Part shown: in pieces, positions 1 to 13,026 of the stretch | Layout: every line of letters begins with the position of its first letter | How positions within the stretch are numbered: the stretch's first letter is position 1 | NCBI RefSeq assembly: GCF_009914755.1 | Contig: NC_060938.1 | DNA: 64,000 nt | Reading direction: 5' to 3' (one strand) | From: the human T2T-CHM13v2.0 reference genome, Homo sapiens | The notes under the pieces: model-generated | Told to the model about the DNA's origin: nothing | Seen by the model: the letters and a program-made list of their open reading frames with translations, nothing else | Database searches by the model: none | Position numbers and translations under genes: made by a program

Positions 1-417
1 CCACTTAACTAGTAATAGTGTGGCAATTAATTTCTAGTTTTCCAAGGAGTATTATTTAAGGTTTTGCTTTTTTAACCATCGCTTATAAATAGATAACTCT
101 GTGGTAGTTAGTATGAAATGTGGTTTTAAAACTTATCAACAGTGGAGTACCTTTACAACCATTTTTAATATGGAACATTAAAAGTAATTTTTTTCTAAGG
201 GTATAGAAAATGCTATGAAGGGTTACAGACTGGCCATTAAAAGCAAGAAAGTAAAACACCACAAGAGTAATGTACCTCTTTATTCATTTAAGTTTTCCAT
301 TTATTTTCTTGTTTCTTCTGCTTTTGCTTTTGGTAGTGATGGGGAGGGGTGGGTACTCAGGTGACAGTTTAAGCCCAAGCATTCTGGGTATGATTATTTG
401 AACCACTTTACCAGTCT

Positions 418-451
418 TATTTTATTATTATTATTATTTTTATTATTATTA
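418..451. repeat. (TTA)n microsatellite, interrupted
   Basis: Direct reading: tttattattattattatttttattattattatt. Confidence 0.85.
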
Positions 452-1274
452 TTGAGTATAAGAACTAGCTGCTAATTCTCTCTAGACTTTAGGTGAATGA
501 CTCATGATAGCAATACATGTAAAAAGGAAGAGAAAGAAAAAAGAAAAATAAGCAGGAAAATAAGCACAGCTCACACATCTGGATCTATGGAGCTACGCTG
601 CCTTGTTTGGCTGCTGGTTGAGAACCAGTCTGGAATCCCACTGGCTAACCTCTGAACTGCTAGAGGCAGGTCTGCTCTACTCACTGTGGACACAATGGAC
701 CCCCTCCTAGTTAACAACACTCCTTAAAGCAAAAGCAAGTGAAACGATTCTGGACCAATTAGAGAGGGCATTACTCATGTTCACACATACCATCCTGAGT
801 CTGTATATAAATTGCCACCTTTTACATCATATACATTGACAGTAGCCGAGCAACATAAAGGATAAAAAAATAAAGCTTTGCCACTCCGAGGTGCCTACAC
901 ATCTGCTGTCTTAGTTCACATTCTAGAATGTTATCGTGGATTAAACATATGGTGACTCCTAAATGTGAAATAAATGAACGTGCAAAAAGGAAATGGAGGA
1001 CCAGTTTCTCAATTCTAGCAGATGCTCGTAAAAGCACAGGGAGCCCTCCCCAAAAGTAACTTTGAATTAGACAATACAGTCATTTAAAAAAATCTAAGAA
1101 AGGAAGTTGTTGACTTTCAAGTTTATCATGGACTTAGTGACCATTGTGAATATGAATTACACTGATTGCCCTTGAAATGTGTTTGAATAATTCTTGGACT
1201 TCTGAGACTATGATGAAATTGTCTTTTTGTGTTTTATGGAGTCCTGATTCTTCCCATGCTGCTGAAAATAAAAC

Positions 1275-2290
1275 CAAATTTTATTGAGTGTCTGCCCTGA
1301 ACAAGCACTATTCCAAGCCTTAGGATAAGCAGTGAGTAATTGACATAAATAATTACTTCTATAAAGTTTACATTTAATAAGAGAAGATTGAAATAAAATA
1401 ATTGTTCTATAGTGTGTTATAAAGTATTAAATTTAATGGAAAAAATGAAACAGGTATGAGAGCTTTTTAGAAAAGAAGTCTGTACTGGGTACACCAATCA
1501 GAGTCTCTTTAAACTTGAATCTGGATAAGACCACCAAGAAGGTGTAGAAGCTATGGAAGGTAGATAGAAAAAAAGGCCTGAAAAATGATCTGTAGGGTTT
1601 TAAAAATTCAAGATGTAAAATTCATAAGGAGGATCCAGCAAAAGAGATTGGAAAAGAGTAAGAGTGATGGTTGAATTTTTGTGTCAACTTGACTGGGCTA
1701 AGGGGTGCCCAGATAGCTGGTGAAACACTCCAGATGCCTTTGTGAGGGTGTCTTTGGAAGAGATTAGTATTTGTATCAGTAGGCTGAGTAAAGAAGATCA
1801 ACCCTCGCCAAGGTGGGTGATCATCATTGTATCTGTTGAGGACCCTATTATAACAAAATGATGAAGAAAGAGTGAATTTCCTATCTCTATTTGAGTGGGA
1901 CATCCATCTTTTCCTGCCCTCACACCTCAATGCCTGAGATTCTCAGGCATTTGGACTCTGGACATGAACCAGGACTTATATCACACCTCACCCCAGTATC
2001 TCAAGTTTTCTAACTTGGATTGAATGACACCACTGAATTTTTTCTGGTTCTCCAGCTTGCGGATGGCAGATCACACAGCTTCTCAGCTTCCATAGTTGTC
2101 AGAAACAATTCCTAGAATAAATCTATTTTAGTTTTGTTTCTCTGGAGAACCTTGATGAACACAGTCAGGTAGCATGAAAACAGGAGAGTGTGTTGCCCTG
2201 TAAGTCAATTTTGAAAGTATTTAAAGGAGGTAGTGATCACTATGTCAAAAAACATGGAGAGTTTAAATAATATGAGGACAGAGGTTAAAA
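1275..2290 (-). mobile_element. Degenerate L2 remnant interrupted by an MLT2 LTR
   Basis: ttttattgagtgtctgcc...aagcactattccaagcc is a typical antisense L2 3' end; L2-like sequence resumes after 2163. Confidence 0.5.
1663..2163 (+). mobile_element. MLT2 (ERVL) solo LTR
   Basis: Starts gtgatggttgaatttttgtgtcaacttgactgggc; AATAAA near 2116; ends gtttctctggagaaccttgatgaacaca. Confidence 0.85.
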
Positions 2291-3761
2291 AAGAGAACAT
2301 ACTGCGATTGTATTATGTACCACTTGAGTCACTACATGATCACAGAAACAAAGTAAAACTATAAAACACAATGTAAAGAAATAGTAATTTTGTTCGACTT
2401 TTCGGGTTTCTGCAATTACTTATGGCAAAGTGTCTTGCATTTCTGTCAACAGGTAAGCTGATTTTTCTTGTCTCCTGTCTCTCCCTGGAATGCTGTTTTC
2501 CTCTAGGATCGCCTTTTTTTTCCCCCTCTTTTAGGCAGAGAAGGGTATTTCCTTTCTTCCTCTTGCTTAACTGTCTGCCTTCTTGTCCAGGGAATAAAGC
2601 CAATGAGAACAGCACTATGTGATCCTGATCTTCATTTACTCAAAACCTGTGGTGTCTTGGAAAAAGTAAGGGCTCATTAGTTTTTATTATTTTTAGAAAG
2701 AGGGAAGAAGGGAGATAGAGGGGAGGGGTAAGATGAGAAAGCGGGGGGGAGATAATAGGGGAAGAAAAAAAGGAAATAAGAAAAACATAGATTTGTCTAC
2801 TAAAATTGTCATTAAGCAAATTTACACAGCATTTAGACATCTGGAGAACTCTTCAGGGAAACAAGGAATGATACCAAGAGCAACCCACATATTTAAAAAA
2901 CTGTCCTTATTCCCAGCAAACAGCCATTTGTTATCTACTTTATAAGAGTTCCCTGTTAGCACTGCAATTAGTCAAGGGTCAGTCTGTGAGGTCGTTTTAA
3001 AATCCCTTCAGCATTAGAAGCAGAATGTTTAATCTTAAACATGTAAGTATACCTGGCAAAAATGCTCTGACTTTACCTTGAACTTCTTCATTGCTTTCAT
3101 TGTCAAAACAAAATTCAAAGTCTACCTAAAAGAACTATGAAGCTTGTGTTTTTAATGAAGTTACATGAATTAAGAAAAGTTATTACCAATGCTCAAGAAT
3201 GAATAAAAAAGACAACAATTCTTTCTGAAATGAACTTTCTGAAAAAATTCTATAAATGATTTCACTTTTCTCTGTATCTCACCTCCCCAGTACCCTTCTC
3301 TTCTTTCCAACTAAATTTCTGAAGGAAAGTTTATCCATAAAACCAAATAAACTACTTTTCTATTTTTTCTTATATAAATTAAAGAAAATTCTGTGCTGCC
3401 AGCCAAGGTGAGGCACCATATTCAAGATGTGAAATTATCCAAATTCTACACCATCTTGAAAAGTTTCCTTCAAAACGTAGACAATAGCATTTATGGGACT
3501 TCTACCCCAAATTAGTTTATAGGCATATTTCCAGATTACAGACATGATTGTCTAGAGAGGTGAGAATAAAATACGAATGAGATTCTTAACTTTCTTAAAC
3601 CTTCTCAGTACTCATTTAGCAAACATCTATTGAGCATACACTGTGTACTCAGCCTTGTTCTATGCAAAGGGAACTTTATGCTAGGAAAATAAATACAAAT
3701 ATATAGCTTATAAATTCATCACAATCATCATCAATTTTATTGTCGACATCATTGTTAAAAC

Positions 3762-4205
3762 AGGTAGTATTTATTGATCATTTAATTTGTGTTAAGTAGC
3801 ATGTAACATATATTAAATCACGTTTTATCTTCCCAAAATAAGAAAGCTAAAACTTGGACAGTTGGAGTAACTTGGACAAGGTCACATTTCTTGTACAAAT
3901 GGTGCTAAAATTCAAATCCAGGCACTCTGCTACAGAACCAGGATTCTCATTCACAGTGTTCATTGCCTTCTAAGATAAAAGCTTGAAGTCACACAGACCT
4001 AGTTCTAAAGTATGTTCTGCCATTTATTAACGAGTACACTCTTGACAGAAAAAATGTAGCCTTTAACCCTAATTTTTTTCTGTAAATGAGGACAAAGTAT
4101 CAACTTCTTGTGTTGTCTTGAGGGATAAGTGAAAATGGATTTTCAAAGGGCGCACCCTAGCCTCTGAAACACAGGAGGTATTCAGTAAGTAGTAACTGTT
4201 GTTAC
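3762..4205. mobile_element. Two oppositely oriented MIR remnants
   Basis: MIR core motifs agtaacttggacaaggtcaca...ttcaaatccagg (one strand) and acagacctagttc...ctgtaaatgaggac (other strand). Confidence 0.55.
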
Positions 4206-5351
4206 CATCTTTAATGGTGGTACATCTCTCCTAATTGTCAAAGTGAGCTTGGTAGACGGTTCCTGCTTTTTTAAAAAACATAAATCAGTCCTCCCATAAT
4301 TTCAGAGCTGAATCTGAAGTAAACACATTGAATTCCCACATTCCCCAGCAATCCATTCTCATCTACTTTTCCAAAACCTGCCATGTACTGTATTTATTTC
4401 ATGAAGTTCTTCCTTCAGCACTAAAGTAACTAATTCAACTGCTTTAAATTTAAACTGGTTGACATATTGATTTATAATTGCTCCGGTACAATTTATCTGT
4501 GTAAAATTGTTTTCAACAAATAGATGTTAACAAGTCTATCTTAGAAAAATCACATCTAGATTTTCTTAAGTTGGCAAAGAGGGCAAATTCTTCAAACGAA
4601 GAGGGGCTTTATTATATACGCACATTACTGGGGCAGAAATTGTAAAGGAAGGAAACACGAGAATAACATACAATCTATTCTCCAAAAGGATTACAATTTA
4701 TGATGAGGGAGTAAAATAAATATAACCTGAATTACATGTAAAGGCATTTGTTATAGGAGAGCTGAAATTAAAAAAAAAAAAAAACACTTTGTCATCATGA
4801 AATCAACACTCTGTAGCAGGAAGTGTCTGGATTTTAAAGCCATGTGGGTTTGAGTTCAAACTCTGACATAGGTATTATACGTGATATGATCTTGGCTGAG
4901 TCACTTATTTTCTCTGAACCTGTAACCGTGTCTGAAAGAGGAAAAGTGTGGAACTTTCCTCAGATTGATCTGTTGATGAAATGAGATCTAATAAGGTGGA
5001 TTAGAAAATATCTTACCCATTATACCGGACACCTAGCAGTACTCTGCTCACAAAATCAGTTTTTTTCTTTCTTTTACAATTAAAAAATATTGACCCAATA
5101 TATTCTTGCAGATTATTGGACTTAATAGGAATCATTTATCTGGGCTTTCTGAACTTTCTTCCAGACCTAAAAGCAATGCACAGATATTCTTTAGCTGAAC
5201 TGCAATTTGCTCTCTCAGCTTTAGCACTTTTTGAGGCTCACCAAAACACAAAAGCAGCCATATGAAAAATACATTTATATCTTCTGCAAAATCTCTGTTG
5301 AAGACATTTTCTATTATGTCCCTCAAAGTACCTTTAGTTAATGTCCATCTA

Positions 5352-5918
<567 letters not shown>

Positions 5919-6530
5919 TCAAAGACTAAAAAAAGTCTCTTTATAAATCTTGCTTAGCATATTGATGTGTAGCAAACAATTGAGGTAAAACAGTGTATTT
6001 CCCAGGCAAATACAATTTCTAAGGAAAGGTTTTTAACTGGGTAAAAGACATTTTACTACTTCTGGTTTGGTATATCCAGAACTGTTCCTCAAAAGATGAC
6101 ACACAAATGTCCAACAGGTATATGAAAAAAAATGTTTAACATCACTAATCATCAAAGAAATGCAAATAAAAGCCATAATGAGATATAATCTCACCCCAGT
6201 TAAAATGAATTTTATCCAAGAAATGTAATAATGGATGTTGGCAAAGATGTGGAGAAAGGGGAACCCTCCTACCCTGTTTTTGAGAATATGAATTAGTAAA
6301 GCCACTATGGAGAACAATATAGAGGTTCCTTAAAATAACTAAAAATAGAACCACCAAATGACCCAGCAATTCTACATCTGGGTATATATAAAAAAGAAAG
6401 AAAATCAGGATGTCAAAGAGACACATACACTTCCATGTTGATTGCAACACCTAGATAGATGGATAAATAAAACATGTTACATATATACAATGGAACATTA
6501 TTCAGCCACAAAAAAAAAGAGTGAAATCTT

Positions 6531-6824
6531 GACCAGGCACAGTGCCTCACACCTGTAATCCCAGCACTTTGGGAGGCCGAGGCAAGTGGATCACCTGAGG
6601 TCAGGTGTTTGAGACCAGCCTGGCCAACATGGCGAAACCCCGTCTCTACTAAAAGCACAAAAAAATATTAGCCGGGTGTGGTGGTGGGTGCCTGTAATCC
6701 CAGCTACTCAGGAGGCTGAGACAGGAGAATCGCTTGAACCCCGGAGGCGGAGGTTGCAGTGAGCTGAGATCGTGCACTGCACTCCAGCCTGGGTGACAAG
6801 AGTGAGACTCTGTCTCAAAAAAAA
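6531..6824 (+). mobile_element. AluSx-like inside L1MA
   Basis: Dimeric Alu with ggatcacctgaggtcagg and short A-tail; no clear TSD. Confidence 0.95.
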
Positions 6825-6863
6825 GATCTAGTGTTTCGTAGCAAAATAGAGTGACTGTATAGT

Positions 6864-6906
6864 TAATCAATCAATCAATCAATCCATCTATCTATCTATC
6901 TATAGA
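6864..6906. repeat. (AATC)n(TATC)n compound microsatellite
   Basis: Direct reading. Confidence 0.85.
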
Positions 6907-8969
6907 TCTATAATAATATAGTTTATTGTATATTTCAAAATAACTCAAACAGTGAAATTGAAATGTTCCTAACACAAAGACGTGATAAATGCTTGAGGTT
7001 ATGGATACTCCAATTACCCTAATTTGATCCTTACACATTGTGTGCTTGTATCAAAATATCACATGTACACCATGAGTATATACAACTATTATGTAGCCAT
7101 AATAATTAAAAATAATACAAATTTTAAAACTTTTAAGAAGAAATATTCTCCATTCTAACCTTTGCTGTTTAGCCCAACTGTCGTTCTGCATCTTGTCACA
7201 CAAATGACAAAAATCTAGAGTCACAAGTCGTTATAAACATGTTTCTATTCTTCCCTCCAGTATTAACATGCTTACAAAACTTTTTTACTTGTAGAAAACA
7301 TTTTTCTTTCCTGATTTAAGTCACAATCAAATTGCACAGAATGGCATAAGTTTCTCAACTATATTTCTCAAAACAATAACCAAGTTGGGCTTTAGTGAGA
7401 AAGTCTCAGAAAGCTCCTTTTTTTTTCTTCCTCCTGCCCTCAGTGTAGAGAATGTTAAGACTTTCAGATATTACTGCCATAAATAAAAGTACATCTAATT
7501 TAATGCCCAACTGAGGTAACTATCTTGTTTCAACTTCCTGTTACAATCACCTACTTATTTTTTAGTCTGCTAGACTAAATAAGTCCTTAGGACAAACCAT
7601 ATCAAATCATCTTTTTTTTGGCTAGGTGAAATTAAATTAGAATACATAAATGGAGGAAACTATAGAAGATTATTAGAGATTTAGGGTTGGAAAAAATGTT
7701 AAAAGTCATCTAATATAATCTTCAACTTGATTTATGAGTCCCTTCTAAAAACTCTTAAGTTTGTTGAGGGTAAAGGTCCCCATCATTTATTTTGTTTTGT
7801 GTGCCCCCACAGAGCATGACGTTCACAGATCTGCACACAATGGGGTCTCAATAAATATTTTTGACAATTGTTGAAACATATAATACATAACCTTGTTGGA
7901 CCTAACCTGTCAGTGCCTATTGGTGAATATAAATTATTTCCCATGCGGAATGTCCACTTTGGTAAACCCTACATACTGCAAGCTGATGCTCAAACCAAGA
8001 ATAGAAACTCCTTCCCAGAACTTACTAAATCATGGTGGATGTTAAGTCAAGAACCGTAATGTTACTTTAATGTAGTAGTTTGCATGTTAATATGATATAT
8101 TTCTGCTATTAAATTTTAAGAGGCTTTAGGAGAAAAGGTTTTAGCTCTGGATAGAAGACATTTTACTACATCTGGTTTGGCCTTTCAAGAGATATTCCCC
8201 AGAAAGTCCTGCAGTCCTCTCATGAAAATCTAGAGAAAAATGTCTTGTTTTGTTCTGACCTCTATTAAGTGAGAAGTTTCACGTAAGGCTAAACTTGCCT
8301 GTCTCTGATTCAACTTTCTCACAGTAAAATGCATAGAAGAATGTGGAAGGAAATGAGGGAAGTGTAGTGGGGTTTAAAGATATAAAAACGAAAACCAAAG
8401 ACTGGTCTGAAGAGAAATGTTTGTTATTAAAGATATTAAAAATGAAACAATGCATTTATTTCAGTGCATTTACAATTACTGTTTTCTGAAACAGCATCAC
8501 CTTGACAAAAATCTCCATGAGCCCTAAGCTATAAACACCAATCTCCAAATTTGCAAGTGTGGTAAACTGGAACATACCCACATAAAGACAATATAGGTGG
8601 CTTGTGACCACACCTGTTACATCTTCAACCCCATGAACAAAACAGAAACTCATTGACCACAGAATTCTCATCCGGAGCAATATTTGCATCTCCAAAGTGC
8701 TTTGAGCAAAGTAGAATAGAATTTCACGGCTAAATTGATAGAATATCCATTTGTTTTCATTGCTGAGTATTGTTTCATTGTTGAGTATTTTTGTTTGTTG
8801 ATCTCCTTGTTGCCCCAAGGAAAGTAGCCAACTATCGTACTAGAACCTCATTCTAAAGTTTCCCTCAGGGTCCATATGAAGGTCTCTATTATAGATTTAA
8901 ATATATCAATAATGTTCAGTGCTTTCCTGTGGAGAAGTACCATAGAATCATAGAATAGTGGTTAATTTT

Positions 8970-9376
<407 letters not shown>

Positions 9377-10417
9377 TGAAGTACAAAAGATAACAGCCAT
9401 GTAGTTGTTGTCAGGATTAAAACATATAATGCATATTAAATGGTTCATGTATTTATTGTCCCATTTTAGGAGCCTAACAAATGTTAACTAATTGCATTGC
9501 TATTATTAAAGTTTAAATGAGGTATACTTTTGAACTGTGCATTCTATACATGGTGTGCATGTACATATGTTTGCCATTGTTTCTGCTGTTATGAAATAGA
9601 ACGGCTGACATTAATTAACTTGGACCCAGATGTGGAACTTTAAAATTTTTAATTCACAGTTTGTAATCCTTCCTCAATCTGACAAAATGACCTCTTATTC
9701 TGATATGTCGTTAGATACCCAAAGAAGAAGTTTAAACATCCGAGTTATGGTTCCAGATCCGCCACAGCAATCTTTATTTGTGGTCTCAGTTTCCTCATTT
9801 GTAAATGAGTACAGTAACATTTACTCTACAAACCAAATAGGGTAGTTTAAGATTACGATTGGACCAGATTATAAAGGTGAACTCACTCTGATACTTTCTG
9901 TCAGTGGAAAAGTCATGGGCCTGGAAATCAATGTGGTTTGGCCCCAACTTCTATCTAGTATTAATAGTATTCAATATCCAGGTTACCGGCTTCATGTTGC
10001 TAGGAATCCCTAAAATGAGAAATAAGATGGAGGACTGACAGCAAAATGTCTGAAATCATCTCATTCACTAGTATCCTTATTTACTGGTGTGCACCTTATT
10101 GGAAGCACTATCTTTCAGTTATTCATTATCTTGACTTTTCCCCACCATGTTTCTAAACTGTTCTCATTAGCTGCTGAGCTAAGCTCTCTGCAGTAGATAT
10201 TCAGGGGAAGGTGGTTTTCAGCAGATGATGGACATTTACTCCACACCATGACTTTCATCTTTCATTTTCTGCAACTTTGTTAGTGAAGTTCAGGGAAATC
10301 CCATTCACAGCATTGAACACTGACTTGTATGCAATAATTATGCAGTACATATTATTTTGATGAAAATGAATTCAGACTAAAAGATTCCAAAGACAAGACA
10401 TAACTTTAAAAATTATA

Positions 10418-10668
10418 CTTTTTTTTGGAAGGATTTTTGCTCTGCCACCCAGGCTGGAGTGTAGTGGTGTGACCTCGGCTCATTGAAACCTCCACCTCCT
10501 GGGTTCAAGGGATTCTCCTGCCTCAGCCTCCCAAGTAGCCAGGCCACTATGCCCAGATAATTTTTTTATTTTTAGTAGAGACAGGGTTTCATCATGTTGG
10601 CCAGGCTAGTCTCAAACTATCCTGACCTCAGATGATCTGCCCGCCTTGGCCTCCCAAAGTGCTGGGAA
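10418..10668 (-). mobile_element. AluS, antisense, internally deleted and 5'-truncated
   Basis: ccacccaggctggagtgtagtgg...ctcccaaagtgctggga. Confidence 0.92.
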
Positions 10669-11617
10669 TTTTACAGTAACTATTAGTGTTGAAAATTTGC
10701 CATTCTACAAAAAGTCAGTAGATGTTTTTATTTTGATATATTTATGAATTCCTTTAAAAATTGCATTTTGGCATAACAATTATTTGTACTAAATCAAACT
10801 TCTGAGGTAGTATAGTGCCCTTGGTTACATGTTTATTTTTAAAAAATAAAACAACAAGTGTGATTCCTTTCTTTCTTTTTCCTCCCTGGTAAAATTATAT
10901 GCAAGAAAATGCATAATTTGTTTTATGGTTTATTGCCAATCCAACCATAAGTATCTCTTCCTCTCACCCTCCTGGCCTCACCTTGCTTCAACCTGCTGAG
11001 TATTTTCTGTAATCTGTTTATTCATCATGTACAATTGGCAAATGAGATCACTAATTAGTTTATGCATTAATTACATTTCCATCTGTGTTCCTTTTAGAGA
11101 AACAGCAACAGCAATGGAAGCTAATTAAGACTAAAGCTGGCCCATTACCTATCCATTGCTTCATTCTCCTTTTAATCCACATGCTCTTTCTTGCCAGATA
11201 TGTGTGGGAGAACCACACCTTGCAAGTAGTTTAAATGAATCCTTGTGAAGTAAACTTTCACTCTGATTCTCAGTCCCAGTTCACTTTAAGCAGCCAACTG
11301 TTAAATGTAGATATAGGTAAGGGTATAGATAGATGCAAATATAGATATCAAGCATTGAAAGTATATAATACAGTGTTATATATAGACAAAATATGTATAT
11401 GCAAAAGCAATGAAAATTACTTATATGTTACAAATATATAATCTTTTATTGCTCATTTTAATAGTTTTCCTTTGAGAAAAAATACATTTCAAATTTAAAT
11501 TAAATTAAAATTTATTTTAATTATTGAAAACAATTAAAGGAATAACTTCCTACGTCTAATTTCAAGGATCTGAACTCAATATGCTCAGCTTTCCAGAAAG
11601 AGGTATGTAAGTGTGTG

Positions 11618-11619
<2 letters not shown>

Positions 11620-11659
<40 letters not shown>
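11620..11659. repeat. (GT)~20 microsatellite
   Basis: Direct reading. Confidence 0.97.
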
Positions 11660-11662
<3 letters not shown>

Positions 11663-12577
11663 AAGAGAGGGATGTTGCTGAGATACATTAATTTTTAAAA
11701 TTCATTTATTTCCTCTCTAAAAAAGCAAAAAAAAAAAACCCAAAAACCCCAATAATACATAGTCCTTGTAAGCACTATAATTTGAAACTTTAATTTATCA
11801 CTAAAAGTTCTCCTCACTCCATTTCTACTCACATATGGCAGAGTAACAACTGCTTAAATGTGATTTGTGCCTTAGAATTTTTTCTGCTTTACCCAACAGG
11901 ATAATAGATAAGTAGGTATATAGGTAGATACATACCTACATACACTAATCCGTACACGTATATGCACATGTTGTTAAAACGGAATTGGCCAAAAACCACC
12001 AGCAATAAACTAGCGTTCTGAGAAAATCAAATTTCTTGACTGAAAGCATCGAGGGCAGACACTCTGGAGGAGCCATGATTTGCCACGTGACCAGAGGGGG
12101 AGAGGGAAGCCTCTAGCCATCAACCTGGGCTCCCACTGACCAATACTCAGAAGGCTCTAAAGGACGCTGCTATCGGTTCTAGACTGATTGCTGTCTCTGA
12201 GACAAGGTTAGAAGTGGGATTTACCAGATACTAGAAGCTATCGAGAGGCCAGATGAGTTTGCCACTGGGACTCCTCACTAGAAGGTCATCAGGCAGGTCT
12301 GAGGGCATCACGAGAAGGAATCAATGGACACTTAAAGAGGAGTCATTGTGGCATTTTCCACATGAATGCCAAGGCTGCATGATCTTAGGAGAAACAATGC
12401 TTCCTGGCAACTTGGCAGCAGATTCTATATGCACCTGTCCTTCCAGCCAGCCTGATGTAACAGCAGGGCTGCTTTTCTCTGTTTCATCCAAGTGGATTTT
12501 TACCACTCTCTCTCCTCAGTCCCAGATTTTTATTCTTGTAATATATATATCACAAGAGTATATAAATATTAAATATA

Positions 12578-13026
12578 AATATTTAATGGTCATTAATAAT
12601 AACCAGAGGCCTTTTTGTACACCTTAGTGAATTCAGATTGCTAAATATAAAAAGTTGCACAAAATATGTATAATATGACCTAATTTCCTATTTTGTAAAT
12701 TAATAATATAGAGTATGCCTTATATATACAAAGTATTAAAAAATATGTGTGTATGTGTATATATATCACGATTAAAAATCTTTATATAAAATGTATTTAT
12801 AATATGTAGATATATTTTTACTCTTGTGATATATATACACATACACATATATGTTTTTACACTTTGTATATACAAAGTATACTCTTTCTATATTATTAAT
12901 TTACAAAATAGGAAATTAGGTCATATTATATATATTTAGTGTAACTTACTTTTTATATTTAACAATCTGAATTCACTAAGGTAGTACATAAATCCCTGTG
13001 GTTATTATTAATGGCTATTTAATATT
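12578..13026. repeat. Approximately 450-bp imperfect AT-rich palindrome (fold-back inverted duplication)
   Basis: 12669-12712 is the exact reverse complement of 12887-12930 (44/44); 12621-12640 of 12963-12982 (20/20); pairing continues outward and inward to a centre near 12800. Confidence 0.93.

Larger units (their letters stand above)
6088..7125 (+). mobile_element. L1MA-type ORF2 3' end and 3'UTR fragment, interrupted by an Alu
   Basis: aacatcactaatcatcaaagaaatgcaaat; gccactatggagaacaatatagaggttcct; L1MA 3'UTR ttgtatcaaaatatcacatgtacacc. Confidence 0.88.

Noticed and set aside
8456-8818. 120-aa minus-strand ORF ending in AATAAA
   Set aside because: Non-ATG start, no recognisable homology; a lncRNA terminal exon cannot be excluded but is unsupported
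12253-12627. 124-aa ORF
   Set aside because: No recognisable protein features; overlaps probable old LTR-like and AT-rich sequence
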